From: Candidatus Latescibacterota bacterium
GTDB lineage: Bacteria; Latescibacterota; UBA2968; UBA8231
NCBI GenBank assembly: GCA_965208105.1
Contig: OZ242318.1
Span: forward strand, 2,848,001-2,912,000
Direction: 5' to 3'
DNA: 64,000 nucleotides
In this document: positions 18,569-26,624 of the stretch, piece after piece
Position numbering within the stretch: position 1 is the stretch's first letter
Layout of the letters: every line of letters begins with the position of its first letter
Translations under genes and position numbers: made by a program
The notes under the pieces: model-generated
Database searches by the model: none
Told to the model about the DNA's origin: nothing
The model's input: only the letters and a program-made list of their open reading frames with translations

Positions 18569-19381
18569 TTGCCTCAATCTGACGCGATCATCTGGAATGT
18601 CGACCCAGTCCTTTTCCAGATCGGTCCGCTCACGATCAGATACTACGGTATCCTCTTTGCGCTCTCGTTCTTCATCGGATACAACATCATCCGTTCCGTC
18701 TTCAAGCGAGAGGGGAAGCCTGAATCCGATCTCGCAACGCTCCTGACGTACATGATGGTCGGCACAATCGCGGGTGCGCGCCTGGGGCATTGCCTCTTCT
18801 ACGACCCGGGATACTACCTCGGCAATCCGCACAAGATGCTGATGCTGTGGGAAGGCGGGCTCGCCAGCCACGGCGGCGCGATAGGCATTTTGACAGCCCT
18901 GTTCATCTACGCCCGGCGCCACCCCGATCAACCGTATCTGTGGCTGCTCGATCGGATGGTCATTGTCGTCGCCCTCGCCGGACTGCTTATCCGACTCGGG
19001 AACTTCTTCAACTCGGAGATCCTCGGAACCCCCACCGATGTCCTCTGGGCCGTCATCTTCGACCGAATCGACGATACACCGAGACATCCCGCACAGCTCT
19101 ACGAGTCGATCGCCTACGGAACGATCTTCGTGGGGTTGTATCGACTCTACATCCAGCTCGAAGCCCGATCGCCGGGCGGTTTTTTGTTCGGCCTCTTCCT
19201 CGTCTCCGCCTTCGGGTTTCGGTTTCTGATCGAATTCGTCAAAGAACGACAGGCGGCGTATGTCGCCGACCTTGCCCTCGGGGTCGGCCAGATCCTCAGC
19301 ATACCCCTGCTCATCCTCGGGATCGTATTCCTGGCAAGGGCGCTGCGCAACGGTTTCTCCGAGACCGATTTGGCCGAATAG
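18569..19381 (+). CDS. lgt: Prolipoprotein diacylglyceryl transferase
   Basis: YYG, GARLGHCLFY, GGLASHG, RLGNFFNSEI.G, RHPAQLYE, RF.IEF. Confidence 0.95.
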   Translation: MPQSDAIIWNVDPVLFQIGPLTIRYYGILFALSFFIGYNIIRSVFKREGKPESDLATLLTYMMVGTIAGARLGHCLFYDPGYYLGNPHKMLMLWEGGLASHGGAIGILTALFIYARRHPDQPYLWLLDRMVIVVALAGLLIRLGNFFNSEILGTPTDVLWAVIFDRIDDTPRHPAQLYESIAYGTIFVGLYRLYIQLEARSPGGFLFGLFLVSAFGFRFLIEFVKERQAAYVADLALGVGQILSIPLLILGIVFLARALRNGFSETDLAE

Positions 19382-19506
19382 GCGGCCTCAGCCGGAGAGG
19401 CCCTGCGGGCCTGCGTTACCCATCGGGGTTGGTTCAAGCGAGAATTTCGAGCGCTACCTTGCCCGTGGAGACACGAATCCTTGCATTGGGCATGCTGGCA
19501 AAACCC

Positions 19507-20604
19507 CTATTTCTCTGTAAGCTGCCGAAACAATTCAAAAGCCGCATCCGACGCGCTATCCTGATGAGTGTCATTTTCCGTTTGGCACGCATCAAAGCGC
19601 GATTGCAACTCGCAGTCGTCTATTCCACCTTCCTCACCGATAAAAACCAACTGTGTCCCCGGTTTCTCGTCGCCCCACGGCTCACCAGTGATCAGACGCG
19701 CCCGTTGGCCGGCAACATGGACGATTCCCTTCTGACCGGGAATGTCGGAAAGGTAAACAAACCCTTTGGCGCGGTAGATAGTCGCAGGTAGAGTTTTCAC
19801 CGCATCAAGCACGGCCCCACGTGACAGAGGTTTGTCCGTCGTATAGCACCACGTGTTGAAAACAAGCGTATGGTCGGTATGGGGTCCGTGATGATTCTCG
19901 TGAGGGTGGTCGTGTTCATGCGCCTCGCCCTCCGCATGAACGTGAACGTCCAGGCCTGACTTCCCCGAAAAGCGGTGGAGGTCGTATGCCCCGACACCGA
20001 GTACCAGATCGAGCGGAACCTTGCCATATGCAGCTTCGAGGATACGCGCTCTCGGAACGAGATCTGTGACAAAGTCCGCCAATTCCTCCCGCTTTTCATC
20101 ATTGACCAGGTCAAGCTTGTTCAACACCACAATGTCTGCCATGGCGATTTGGTCTACCGCGAGTCTACGATGCTTCTCGTTCACCTTGTAAATCTGCTCC
20201 GCGTCAACCACGGTCAGCACACTGTCCACTCGCGTCCTAGACTGCAATTCGACAGCCATGAAGGTCAATGAAACCGCCGTCGGGTCAGATACGCCGCTCG
20301 TTTCAACGACGATATACTCCGGCGGGTTCGGGTCCTGAATCAACTGAACCGTTGCTTCGAGCAGGTCATCGCGGATCGAGCAACAGATACACCCGTTGGA
20401 AAGGTTGATGGTGGACTCCCCGGAGACCCCGGAGACCAACTCGGCGTCAATGTTGATCTCTCCAAAGTCGTTGACCAGCACTGCCACCCGCAATCCGTGG
20501 TCGGCGTTGAGAATGTGGTTGAGCAGGGAGGTTTTGCCCGCGCCTAAAAAGCCGCTGATAATTGTTACTGGAACAGGTTCTTTCAAGTTTTGATCTTCAG
20601 CCAT
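19507..20604 (-). CDS. COG0523/CobW-family G3E zinc metallochaperone GTPase
   Basis: GFLGAGKT, GCICC, ETSG, NKLD, His-rich linker, RAKG. Confidence 0.95.
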   Translation of the reverse strand: MAEDQNLKEPVPVTIISGFLGAGKTSLLNHILNADHGLRVAVLVNDFGEINIDAELVSGVSGESTINLSNGCICCSIRDDLLEATVQLIQDPNPPEYIVVETSGVSDPTAVSLTFMAVELQSRTRVDSVLTVVDAEQIYKVNEKHRRLAVDQIAMADIVVLNKLDLVNDEKREELADFVTDLVPRARILEAAYGKVPLDLVLGVGAYDLHRFSGKSGLDVHVHAEGEAHEHDHPHENHHGPHTDHTLVFNTWCYTTDKPLSRGAVLDAVKTLPATIYRAKGFVYLSDIPGQKGIVHVAGQRARLITGEPWGDEKPGTQLVFIGEEGGIDDCELQSRFDACQTENDTHQDSASDAAFELFRQLTEK

Positions 20605-20634
20605 TGATTCGCTCCCAGGGTACCGCTCACCGAG

Positions 20635-21186
20635 CTACCGCCGCCTGTAGGGCTCGATCGACTCGACGTCCATCGAGTAGCCAAAACTCACATTGGTGAT
20701 GGAGTCGTAACCGTCCTCGCCAAGCTTGCTGGTAGCGTGACCAGTCTTCAGGCGGCCGGAGATCCAGACCGGGCGCCACATCTCCAGCAGGTCATGGGCT
20801 TGCTCGAGGCTGCCGCGGATGATCTGGTTGGCCGGCGGTGGCGGGGTGTGGAGACAGGCGCCAAGATAGGGCACCAACAGGAATTCGCGGATCCGTGTCC
20901 CTTTGTATTCCAGGGGCAATACGAAACCCGGAATCCTGACCGTTTGTCCATCGAGCTCCTTCACCACCGGCGCTTTGGCGACCATTTCTTGGGCCTTCTC
21001 CTGCAACGCGAAATACTCTTCGTCGCTGAGTGCGGCGTACTCCTCGTCGCTGAGTTCATCGAACACGGCGTAGGGGTTCCAGCCCTCGGGAACGAGCTGG
21101 TCCCACAGGATCTCGCGCGGTGAGTCCGAGGCGGCTGCGCTCGTGACGAGCAGCAACAAGAGCAATCTTTGGCGAAACATGGCCAT
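20635..21186 (-). CDS. DUF3299 family protein (ZrgD-like)
   Basis: IPGFVLPLE, FLLVPYLGACLH.PPPPANQ. Confidence 0.88.
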   Translation of the reverse strand: MAMFRQRLLLLLLVTSAAASDSPREILWDQLVPEGWNPYAVFDELSDEEYAALSDEEYFALQEKAQEMVAKAPVVKELDGQTVRIPGFVLPLEYKGTRIREFLLVPYLGACLHTPPPPANQIIRGSLEQAHDLLEMWRPVWISGRLKTGHATSKLGEDGYDSITNVSFGYSMDVESIEPYRRR

Positions 21187-21221
21187 GGTCCTCCTGATCT
21201 TCGACTGAGAGTCTCTCGCGC

Positions 21222-22463
21222 TCACAGTCGCGTCGACAGTCCGTCGGCGAGCGAGTTCCGGTAACAGCGCCAAGCCGGCACCAGGCCAACGATCAGGCCG
21301 GCAGTCATCAGACCGCCGAGCAGCCGCCATTCGCCCGCCGTGGGCAAGGCGATCGGCAGAAGCAGGCCGAAACGCTCGACGATCCAGGGCTGCAAGGCCC
21401 GCAGCGTCAGGTTCTGCATCGCTACTCCCATTGCGATACCGAGCAGTGTCAGCAGCGCTGACTCTGCAATGAGCAACTCCATGACGTGGCGATAGCCGGC
21501 GCCGACCGAGCGCAGCACTGCCATTTCACGCCGGCGTTCGTTGAGTCCCGCCAGTGAGACCGCCAGCAGACCCGCCAGCGCCGCGGCAGCGACAAGGATC
21601 GAGACGGCCCGCAGCGCCTGTTCGCCAACGCGCATCAGGTCCCAGAGTTCCTGCAGCGCCACGCCCGGAAAGATGGCGAGCAAGGGTTCGGCGCCATACT
21701 GATTGATGTCGCGCTGCAGCTTGAAGGCGGCGAGTCGGTTGTCGAGGCCGAGCAGGAAGGCGGTGATCTGGCGCGGGGTCAGGTCCTGACCCCGCGCGCT
21801 CCGGAGATCGGCCTCGACGCGGTTCCAGTTCATATGCATGGCCTCGATCCCCGCGAGGCCGACGTGAACGGTGCGATCGACGGGCGTGCCCGTCGGAGCC
21901 AGGATGCCGGTGACCTTGAACGGGTGGTTGTCGTGGTCGCCGAAGCCCTCTGTCCCGATGCCGTGGGTAACGACCAGTTCGTCGCCCAGCCGGTAGCCGA
22001 GCTTGCGCGCCACTTCCGCGCCGAGGACGGCATCCAGCGTCTCGGCGAAGGGTCTGCCCTCCGAAAAGCCGAGACGACGCTTGTCGGCGTAGCGGAAGTG
22101 CTCGAAGTAGCCGGTAGACGTACCCATGACGCGGTAACCGCGGTGCGAATCGCCGAGCGAGATCGGGATGGCCCAGCGGACGCCTGGCCAGGTCGAGATG
22201 TCCGAATAGCTGGACCAGGCGACATTGCTGGTGGCGTTGCCGATGCGAAACACCGAATAGAGCAACAGCTGCACCGAACCGCTGCGCGCGCCGACGATCA
22301 GGTCGGTACCGGACACGGTGTTGGCGAAGCTCAGGCGCGCGTGCGAACGGACCTTTTCAACACCAAGCAGCAGCGCCACACTGACCGCGATCGTCAGGAC
22401 GGTCAGCGACGCGGTATCGCGCCGGTTCAGCAGACTCTTCCAGGCCAGGCGCAGCACGTTCAC
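21222..22463 (-). CDS. MacB/FtsX-type ABC permease (ZrgC-like)
   Basis: DLIVGARSG..QLLLYSVF, PISLGDSHRGYRV, ERRREMAVLRSVGA. Confidence 0.9.
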   Translation of the reverse strand: MNVLRLAWKSLLNRRDTASLTVLTIAVSVALLLGVEKVRSHARLSFANTVSGTDLIVGARSGSVQLLLYSVFRIGNATSNVAWSSYSDISTWPGVRWAIPISLGDSHRGYRVMGTSTGYFEHFRYADKRRLGFSEGRPFAETLDAVLGAEVARKLGYRLGDELVVTHGIGTEGFGDHDNHPFKVTGILAPTGTPVDRTVHVGLAGIEAMHMNWNRVEADLRSARGQDLTPRQITAFLLGLDNRLAAFKLQRDINQYGAEPLLAIFPGVALQELWDLMRVGEQALRAVSILVAAAALAGLLAVSLAGLNERRREMAVLRSVGAGYRHVMELLIAESALLTLLGIAMGVAMQNLTLRALQPWIVERFGLLLPIALPTAGEWRLLGGLMTAGLIVGLVPAWRCYRNSLADGLSTRL

Positions 22464-23161
22464 GGGCGGGCCTCCGCTCGGAAGTCGTCCATGTCGACTG
22501 TACGGTCGAAGCGCGCCGCGAGGGTTGGATCGTGACTGGCGAAGACCAGCGTCGCTCGCGACGCCTGAACCTGCTCAAACAGCAGCTCTATGAAGCGTGC
22601 CCGTGCATCGAAGTCGAGTGCCGAGGTCGGTTCGTCCGCGATCACGATCTCGGGATCGCCAATCAGGGCTCGCGCCGCGGCCACGCGCTGCTGCTGGCCG
22701 ACGGAGAGCCTGGATACGGGTGCCGTCGGGTCCAGCTCCTCCTCGACGAACAGGCGCTGCAGCAGCAACCGCGCGGCAGCGGTCACGCCACCGTGCGCCT
22801 CGGCCGCGCGCGCGGCTCGGCGCCGGGAGAAGTGGCAGGGCAGGACGGCGTTCTCGGCAAGGTTGAGGTAGGGGACCAGGTTGAATTGCTGAAAGATGAA
22901 CCCGATGTGGTCGGCGCGAAGCCGGTCGCGTGCGGCCGCGGCCAGCGAGACCGTATCCTGCCCCATCAGCGACAGGCGGCCCGAATCCGGCGTCAGTACT
23001 CCCGCCAACAGGTTCAGCAGCGTCGACTTGCCGCTGCCTGAAGGGCCGCGGATATACAATTGTTCGCCGCGTCGCAGGAGGAAGCTGTCGCAACTGAGCA
23101 GAGGCGCAGCACCGGGCCAACCGAAGCGCAGGTCCTCGATCTCGATGAGCTCTTCGTTCAC
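22460..23161 (-). CDS. ABC ATPase (ZrgB-like)
   Basis: GPSGSGKST, FQQFNL.PYL, LSVGQQQRVAAARAL. Confidence 0.9.
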   Translation of the reverse strand: MNEELIEIEDLRFGWPGAAPLLSCDSFLLRRGEQLYIRGPSGSGKSTLLNLLAGVLTPDSGRLSLMGQDTVSLAAAARDRLRADHIGFIFQQFNLVPYLNLAENAVLPCHFSRRRAARAAEAHGGVTAAARLLLQRLFVEEELDPTAPVSRLSVGQQQRVAAARALIGDPEIVIADEPTSALDFDARARFIELLFEQVQASRATLVFASHDPTLAARFDRTVDMDDFRAEARP

Positions 23162-23182
23162 GTCGGGCGTCGGCTCGCGTAG

Positions 23183-23773
23183 CTATTTCAACCTGATCAC
23201 CGGGTCATCTGCCTTGGCAGCGCCTCCGAACTGGCCGTCCGGCGTCAGTGCCTGCACGCGGATCTCCTTGATGCGCGGCCAGTAGTCGAAGAGACGAACC
23301 TCGATCATCCCGATGGCTGATCCATTGCACTCGTAGTGATAGTGTGCATGGAACTCGGAGTGCGTGCCGTCCTCTTCCTCTTCAGCGTGTCCGTGCTCGT
23401 CGTGGTCGGCGTGTTCAGCGTCGTGTCCATGACCATCTTCGCGCTCTTCTTCTTCTCCGTGGCCGTGCTCCACTTCCGCGACATGCAAACTGCAGCTGGC
23501 CGCAAGTGGCAGGTCGAACAGCTCGTTGCCCTTCCTCAGCTGTTCGATCGCATCTCGGATCGCTCGACGCTCGGCTGCAGTGACGGCTTCGTGCTCGAAG
23601 CCGACGATATTACCGGACGGTGACACGAACTCGATCTCAAGTTTGTTCCCTTCCATTGCCAGATTCAGGGTTGCGATCCCGTGAACGTGTGCGGGTTGTT
23701 GAGTTGCCGTCACGCTGGTCAGCATCAACAGGGAGGCCACAACTGGCAGAGATCTACGGCTCATACGGCTCAT
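23183..23773 (-). CDS. DUF2796 zinc-binding periplasmic protein (ZrgA-like)
   Basis: AHVHG, GFEH, His/Glu-rich tract, HSEFHAHY.Y.C. Confidence 0.9.
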   Translation of the reverse strand: MSRMSRRSLPVVASLLMLTSVTATQQPAHVHGIATLNLAMEGNKLEIEFVSPSGNIVGFEHEAVTAAERRAIRDAIEQLRKGNELFDLPLAASCSLHVAEVEHGHGEEEEREDGHGHDAEHADHDEHGHAEEEEDGTHSEFHAHYHYECNGSAIGMIEVRLFDYWPRIKEIRVQALTPDGQFGGAAKADDPVIRLK

Positions 23774-24192
23774 CCCCCGAGCGGGCCGCAGTCACGTCGG
23801 CTTGCGCGGCACAGGCGGTAGTTGCGGAGGTGGGCGGAGATCAGGACGACGGCCGCCGCCAGCGTCGCTGCGCGCTCACCGGACTCGCCCATGACATCAT
23901 GCAACACCGTGGCGGCCAACAGAATCCCAAGCATGCCGATGGCACCCAGGGCCAGCACCCAGGCATCGCGGTGCTCACGGCAACCCAGGCTGAACGCCAC
24001 GATTCCGGCCGGGAGAACCAGGCACAGCAGGCCGAGATGGAAGATCTCCTCGCCCATCAGCGTGAGAGGCAAGGTGGTGCCCAGCACCAGGCTCAGGGGG
24101 AGGATGGCGCAGTGCAGGGCGCACAGTGACGATCCGACGGCGCCCACAACGTCGGCGCCGAGCTGTAGGGCTGGCGACTTGGATTTCAGCAT
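23770..24192 (-). CDS. MerC-domain membrane protein
   Basis: SSLCALHC, FH, H.RNYRLC. Confidence 0.85.
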   Translation of the reverse strand: MLKSKSPALQLGADVVGAVGSSLCALHCAILPLSLVLGTTLPLTLMGEEIFHLGLLCLVLPAGIVAFSLGCREHRDAWVLALGAIGMLGILLAATVLHDVMGESGERAATLAAAVVLISAHLRNYRLCRASRRDCGPLGG

Positions 24193-24376
24193 TTATCCTC
24201 GCTGGTATTTGGCGTCTCGGCCCCTGACCGATTCTCTGTAGTCAGGAAGCCCGCTGGCTGCATATTTGGCGTGTGGACGACAGGGGAGTTGCCTGCAGCC
24301 CGCGCGTCCGGCCCTGCCGGTTCTCCGCGTTCCGGCCGAGGCCCAGGGACGAAACTGCCGAGCTGAGAACAAGCCT

Positions 24377-24398
24377 TAATGATAACTAAAAATCGATT
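24377..24398. promoter_or_regulatory. Degenerate Zur-like operator D (one perfect half-site)
   Basis: TAATGATAA in an AT-rich patch upstream of the merC-zrg operon; right half poor. Confidence 0.4.
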
Positions 24399-24447
24399 GC
24401 CATGCAATTCATGCAGAGAGCGAAGCAGCAGATGACCGTCTTGCGAG

Positions 24448-24488
24448 CCCCTGGCGAGGCGGACGGCCCCTGTCCGCCTCGCCAGGGG
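24448..24488. repeat. 17-bp perfect inverted repeat (REP-like hairpin)
   Basis: CCCCTGGCGAGGCGGAC-N7-GTCCGCCTCGCCAGGGG. Confidence 0.8.
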
Positions 24489-24610
24489 ACTGGGGAGCGC
24501 CTGAGCGGAACCGCGTTCGCTACGGCCGGCCAGGACAGCCGAGTCTTGATCTGGAGTGCCGCCGAAGGTCACCTGAGCACGACTTCAGCCGCGAGGCGAG
24601 CGCTCTGATT

Positions 24611-24697
24611 GATGGCCACGACCATGCGCATGGCCGCGGGGATGAACACCATCACGAGCACCGCCACGAGCACGACCACACGCTGGTCTTTGTCTGA
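24611..24697 (+). pseudogene. His-rich remnant of a further COG0523 gene
   Basis: DGHDHAHGRGDEHHHEHRHEHDHTLVFV*; DHTLVF matches the end of the His linker of the intact gene at 19507-20604. Confidence 0.6.
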
Positions 24698-24737
24698 TGC
24701 CGTGATTCGCGCCGTCCGCGCCTTGCCGGAAGGACAA

Positions 24738-26624
24738 CTAAGCGAACCTGCAACCCTTCAACTCTCTGGTGGATATGCGAATGCCGCCGGCTCTCAAACC
24801 GCGCACCGGGTAATCTGCAATGGAAAACTCCTGCCGCAGCACCCGCAGGCGCGGCTTGGGTTTGTAGTCGAGAACGACCTTGCGGTCCAAGCGGGTTGTA
24901 AGCTTCAAAACCTTACAACCTTCGGGAACGAGCCCATAGGTCCGGTTGAGGATAAACTTGTCGATGCGGCAGCGCTTGATGAAGGTATAGCCGTTTCTTT
25001 CTTTGAAGAGCACGGTGAACACCAGATCCTTGTCGACAAAGCCACAGTGGAGCAACTCCTTGCCCACAAAGAGCCTCCCGGGCGCGTCGGTCACCGAGTA
25101 GGTGCCGTCCTTGCGAATGACCAGAACCCTGTCGTATTGGGAAACCTCAAATAGAACTCTGCCCTCCACCTCACAGCCCAGATATCCTGTTTTTCTGTCG
25201 TAGCGCAGCTCGAGTTCGCGGTTGGCTGCCTCGCGCACATCTACCTTCGCAAATGAAACCACCTCCGTCTTGCGAGGGAACTCTGACCCGTACTTCTCTA
25301 CGAGTCTCTCGAGAAATGCAATAGTGTAGGGGATAATTGCTGCGAGGGTGGTCTCGATCTCCCTTAGACGTTTGCGGATCTCCTGCATCTCCTTTTCGGC
25401 CTTGCCGAGATCGTAAAGGGAAATGCGGCGGATGGGGATTGTCAGGAGAGCATCGACATCCTCGCGCGTGACCTCGCGGTCGATCTCGGCAGCGAATGGC
25501 TCCAGGCCCTCCAGCACGACCACGGGTATCCCGGGTGCATCGGATACTTCCTCGATAGCCTTGTAAATCCTGTTGGCTATGAAGATTTGCTCCAGGGTTT
25601 TGGCGTGAAGCCTGTCCTGCAGCCGCCTTGCCTCATTCTGCAATTCAACCTTGAGGATGTCGACCAGGCGGTCGACATTGTGCTGCAGAACTGAGGTTAC
25701 GCTCCTGATATCGGGTTTGTCAGCGTCGATGAGCATCATGCTCGTCGATATCGACACCTCGCAATCCGTAAAAGCGTAAAGCGCGTCGATTACTTCTCCG
25801 GCATATACCCCCCGTGCCAGCTTGAGTTCAATTTCGACCTCTTCGGCGGTATAGTCGTATATACTGGAAATCTTGACCTTGTTTTTCCTGGCGGCCTCTT
25901 CTATGGAGGCAATCAAACTCTCGGTGGTTGTGCCATAGGGGATTTCGCGGATGACGATTCGCTTGGATTCTCTGCTGTCCAAACGAGCTCGCACCCGCAC
26001 CTTGCCGTTGCCGTCGTCGTATTCGGAAACGTCGACCTGGCCCCCCGTGGGAAAATCGGGGTAGAGCTGAAACGGCTTATCCTCCAGGTAGGCCACCTGG
26101 GCTTGAAGCAGCTCGACCAGGTTGTGGGGCAAGATCCTCGTAGCCATGCCTACTGCTATTCCTTCCGCACCCTGCGCCAGAAGTACCGGAATTTTGGCGG
26201 GAAAGACCAGGGGTTCCTCGTTGCGGCCATCGTAGGAATCCAGGTACTGGGTGAGTTCCGGGTTGTAAAGCACCTCCCGTGCAAGAGGAGTCAGGCGGCA
26301 CTCGATATAACGCGCTGCCGAGGCCATGTCACCAGTGTAGATATTTCCGAAATTACCCTGTCTTTCGATAAACATATTTTTGTTGGCCAGAATCACCAGC
26401 GCCGCGCAGATGGCAGCATCCCCGTGCGGATGGTACTTCATGGCCTGGCCCACGACGTTGGCAACCTTGTGGAACTTGCCGTCGTCCATTTCAAACAGGG
26501 CATGGAGAATTCTGCGCTGCACCGGCTTGAGACCATCGTCGATGTGGGGGATAGCCCGGTCCTTGACGACGTAGGAAGCGTATTCGATGAAGTTATTCTG
26601 ATACAGGGTATCCAGATATGGCAT
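24738..26624 (-). CDS. parC: DNA topoisomerase IV subunit A (short CTD)
   Basis: DGLKPVQRR, YHPHGD, AARYIE, GIAVGMAT. Confidence 0.88.
   Translation of the reverse strand: MPYLDTLYQNNFIEYASYVVKDRAIPHIDDGLKPVQRRILHALFEMDDGKFHKVANVVGQAMKYHPHGDAAICAALVILANKNMFIERQGNFGNIYTGDMASAARYIECRLTPLAREVLYNPELTQYLDSYDGRNEEPLVFPAKIPVLLAQGAEGIAVGMATRILPHNLVELLQAQVAYLEDKPFQLYPDFPTGGQVDVSEYDDGNGKVRVRARLDSRESKRIVIREIPYGTTTESLIASIEEAARKNKVKISSIYDYTAEEVEIELKLARGVYAGEVIDALYAFTDCEVSISTSMMLIDADKPDIRSVTSVLQHNVDRLVDILKVELQNEARRLQDRLHAKTLEQIFIANRIYKAIEEVSDAPGIPVVVLEGLEPFAAEIDREVTREDVDALLTIPIRRISLYDLGKAEKEMQEIRKRLREIETTLAAIIPYTIAFLERLVEKYGSEFPRKTEVVSFAKVDVREAANRELELRYDRKTGYLGCEVEGRVLFEVSQYDRVLVIRKDGTYSVTDAPGRLFVGKELLHCGFVDKDLVFTVLFKERNGYTFIKRCRIDKFILNRTYGLVPEGCKVLKLTTRLDRKVVLDYKPKPRLRVLRQEFSIADYPVRGLRAGGIRISTRELKGCRFA

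Noticed and set aside
24609-25154. Plus-strand 181-aa ORF
   Set aside because: Off-frame read of the His-rich remnant plus antisense of parC
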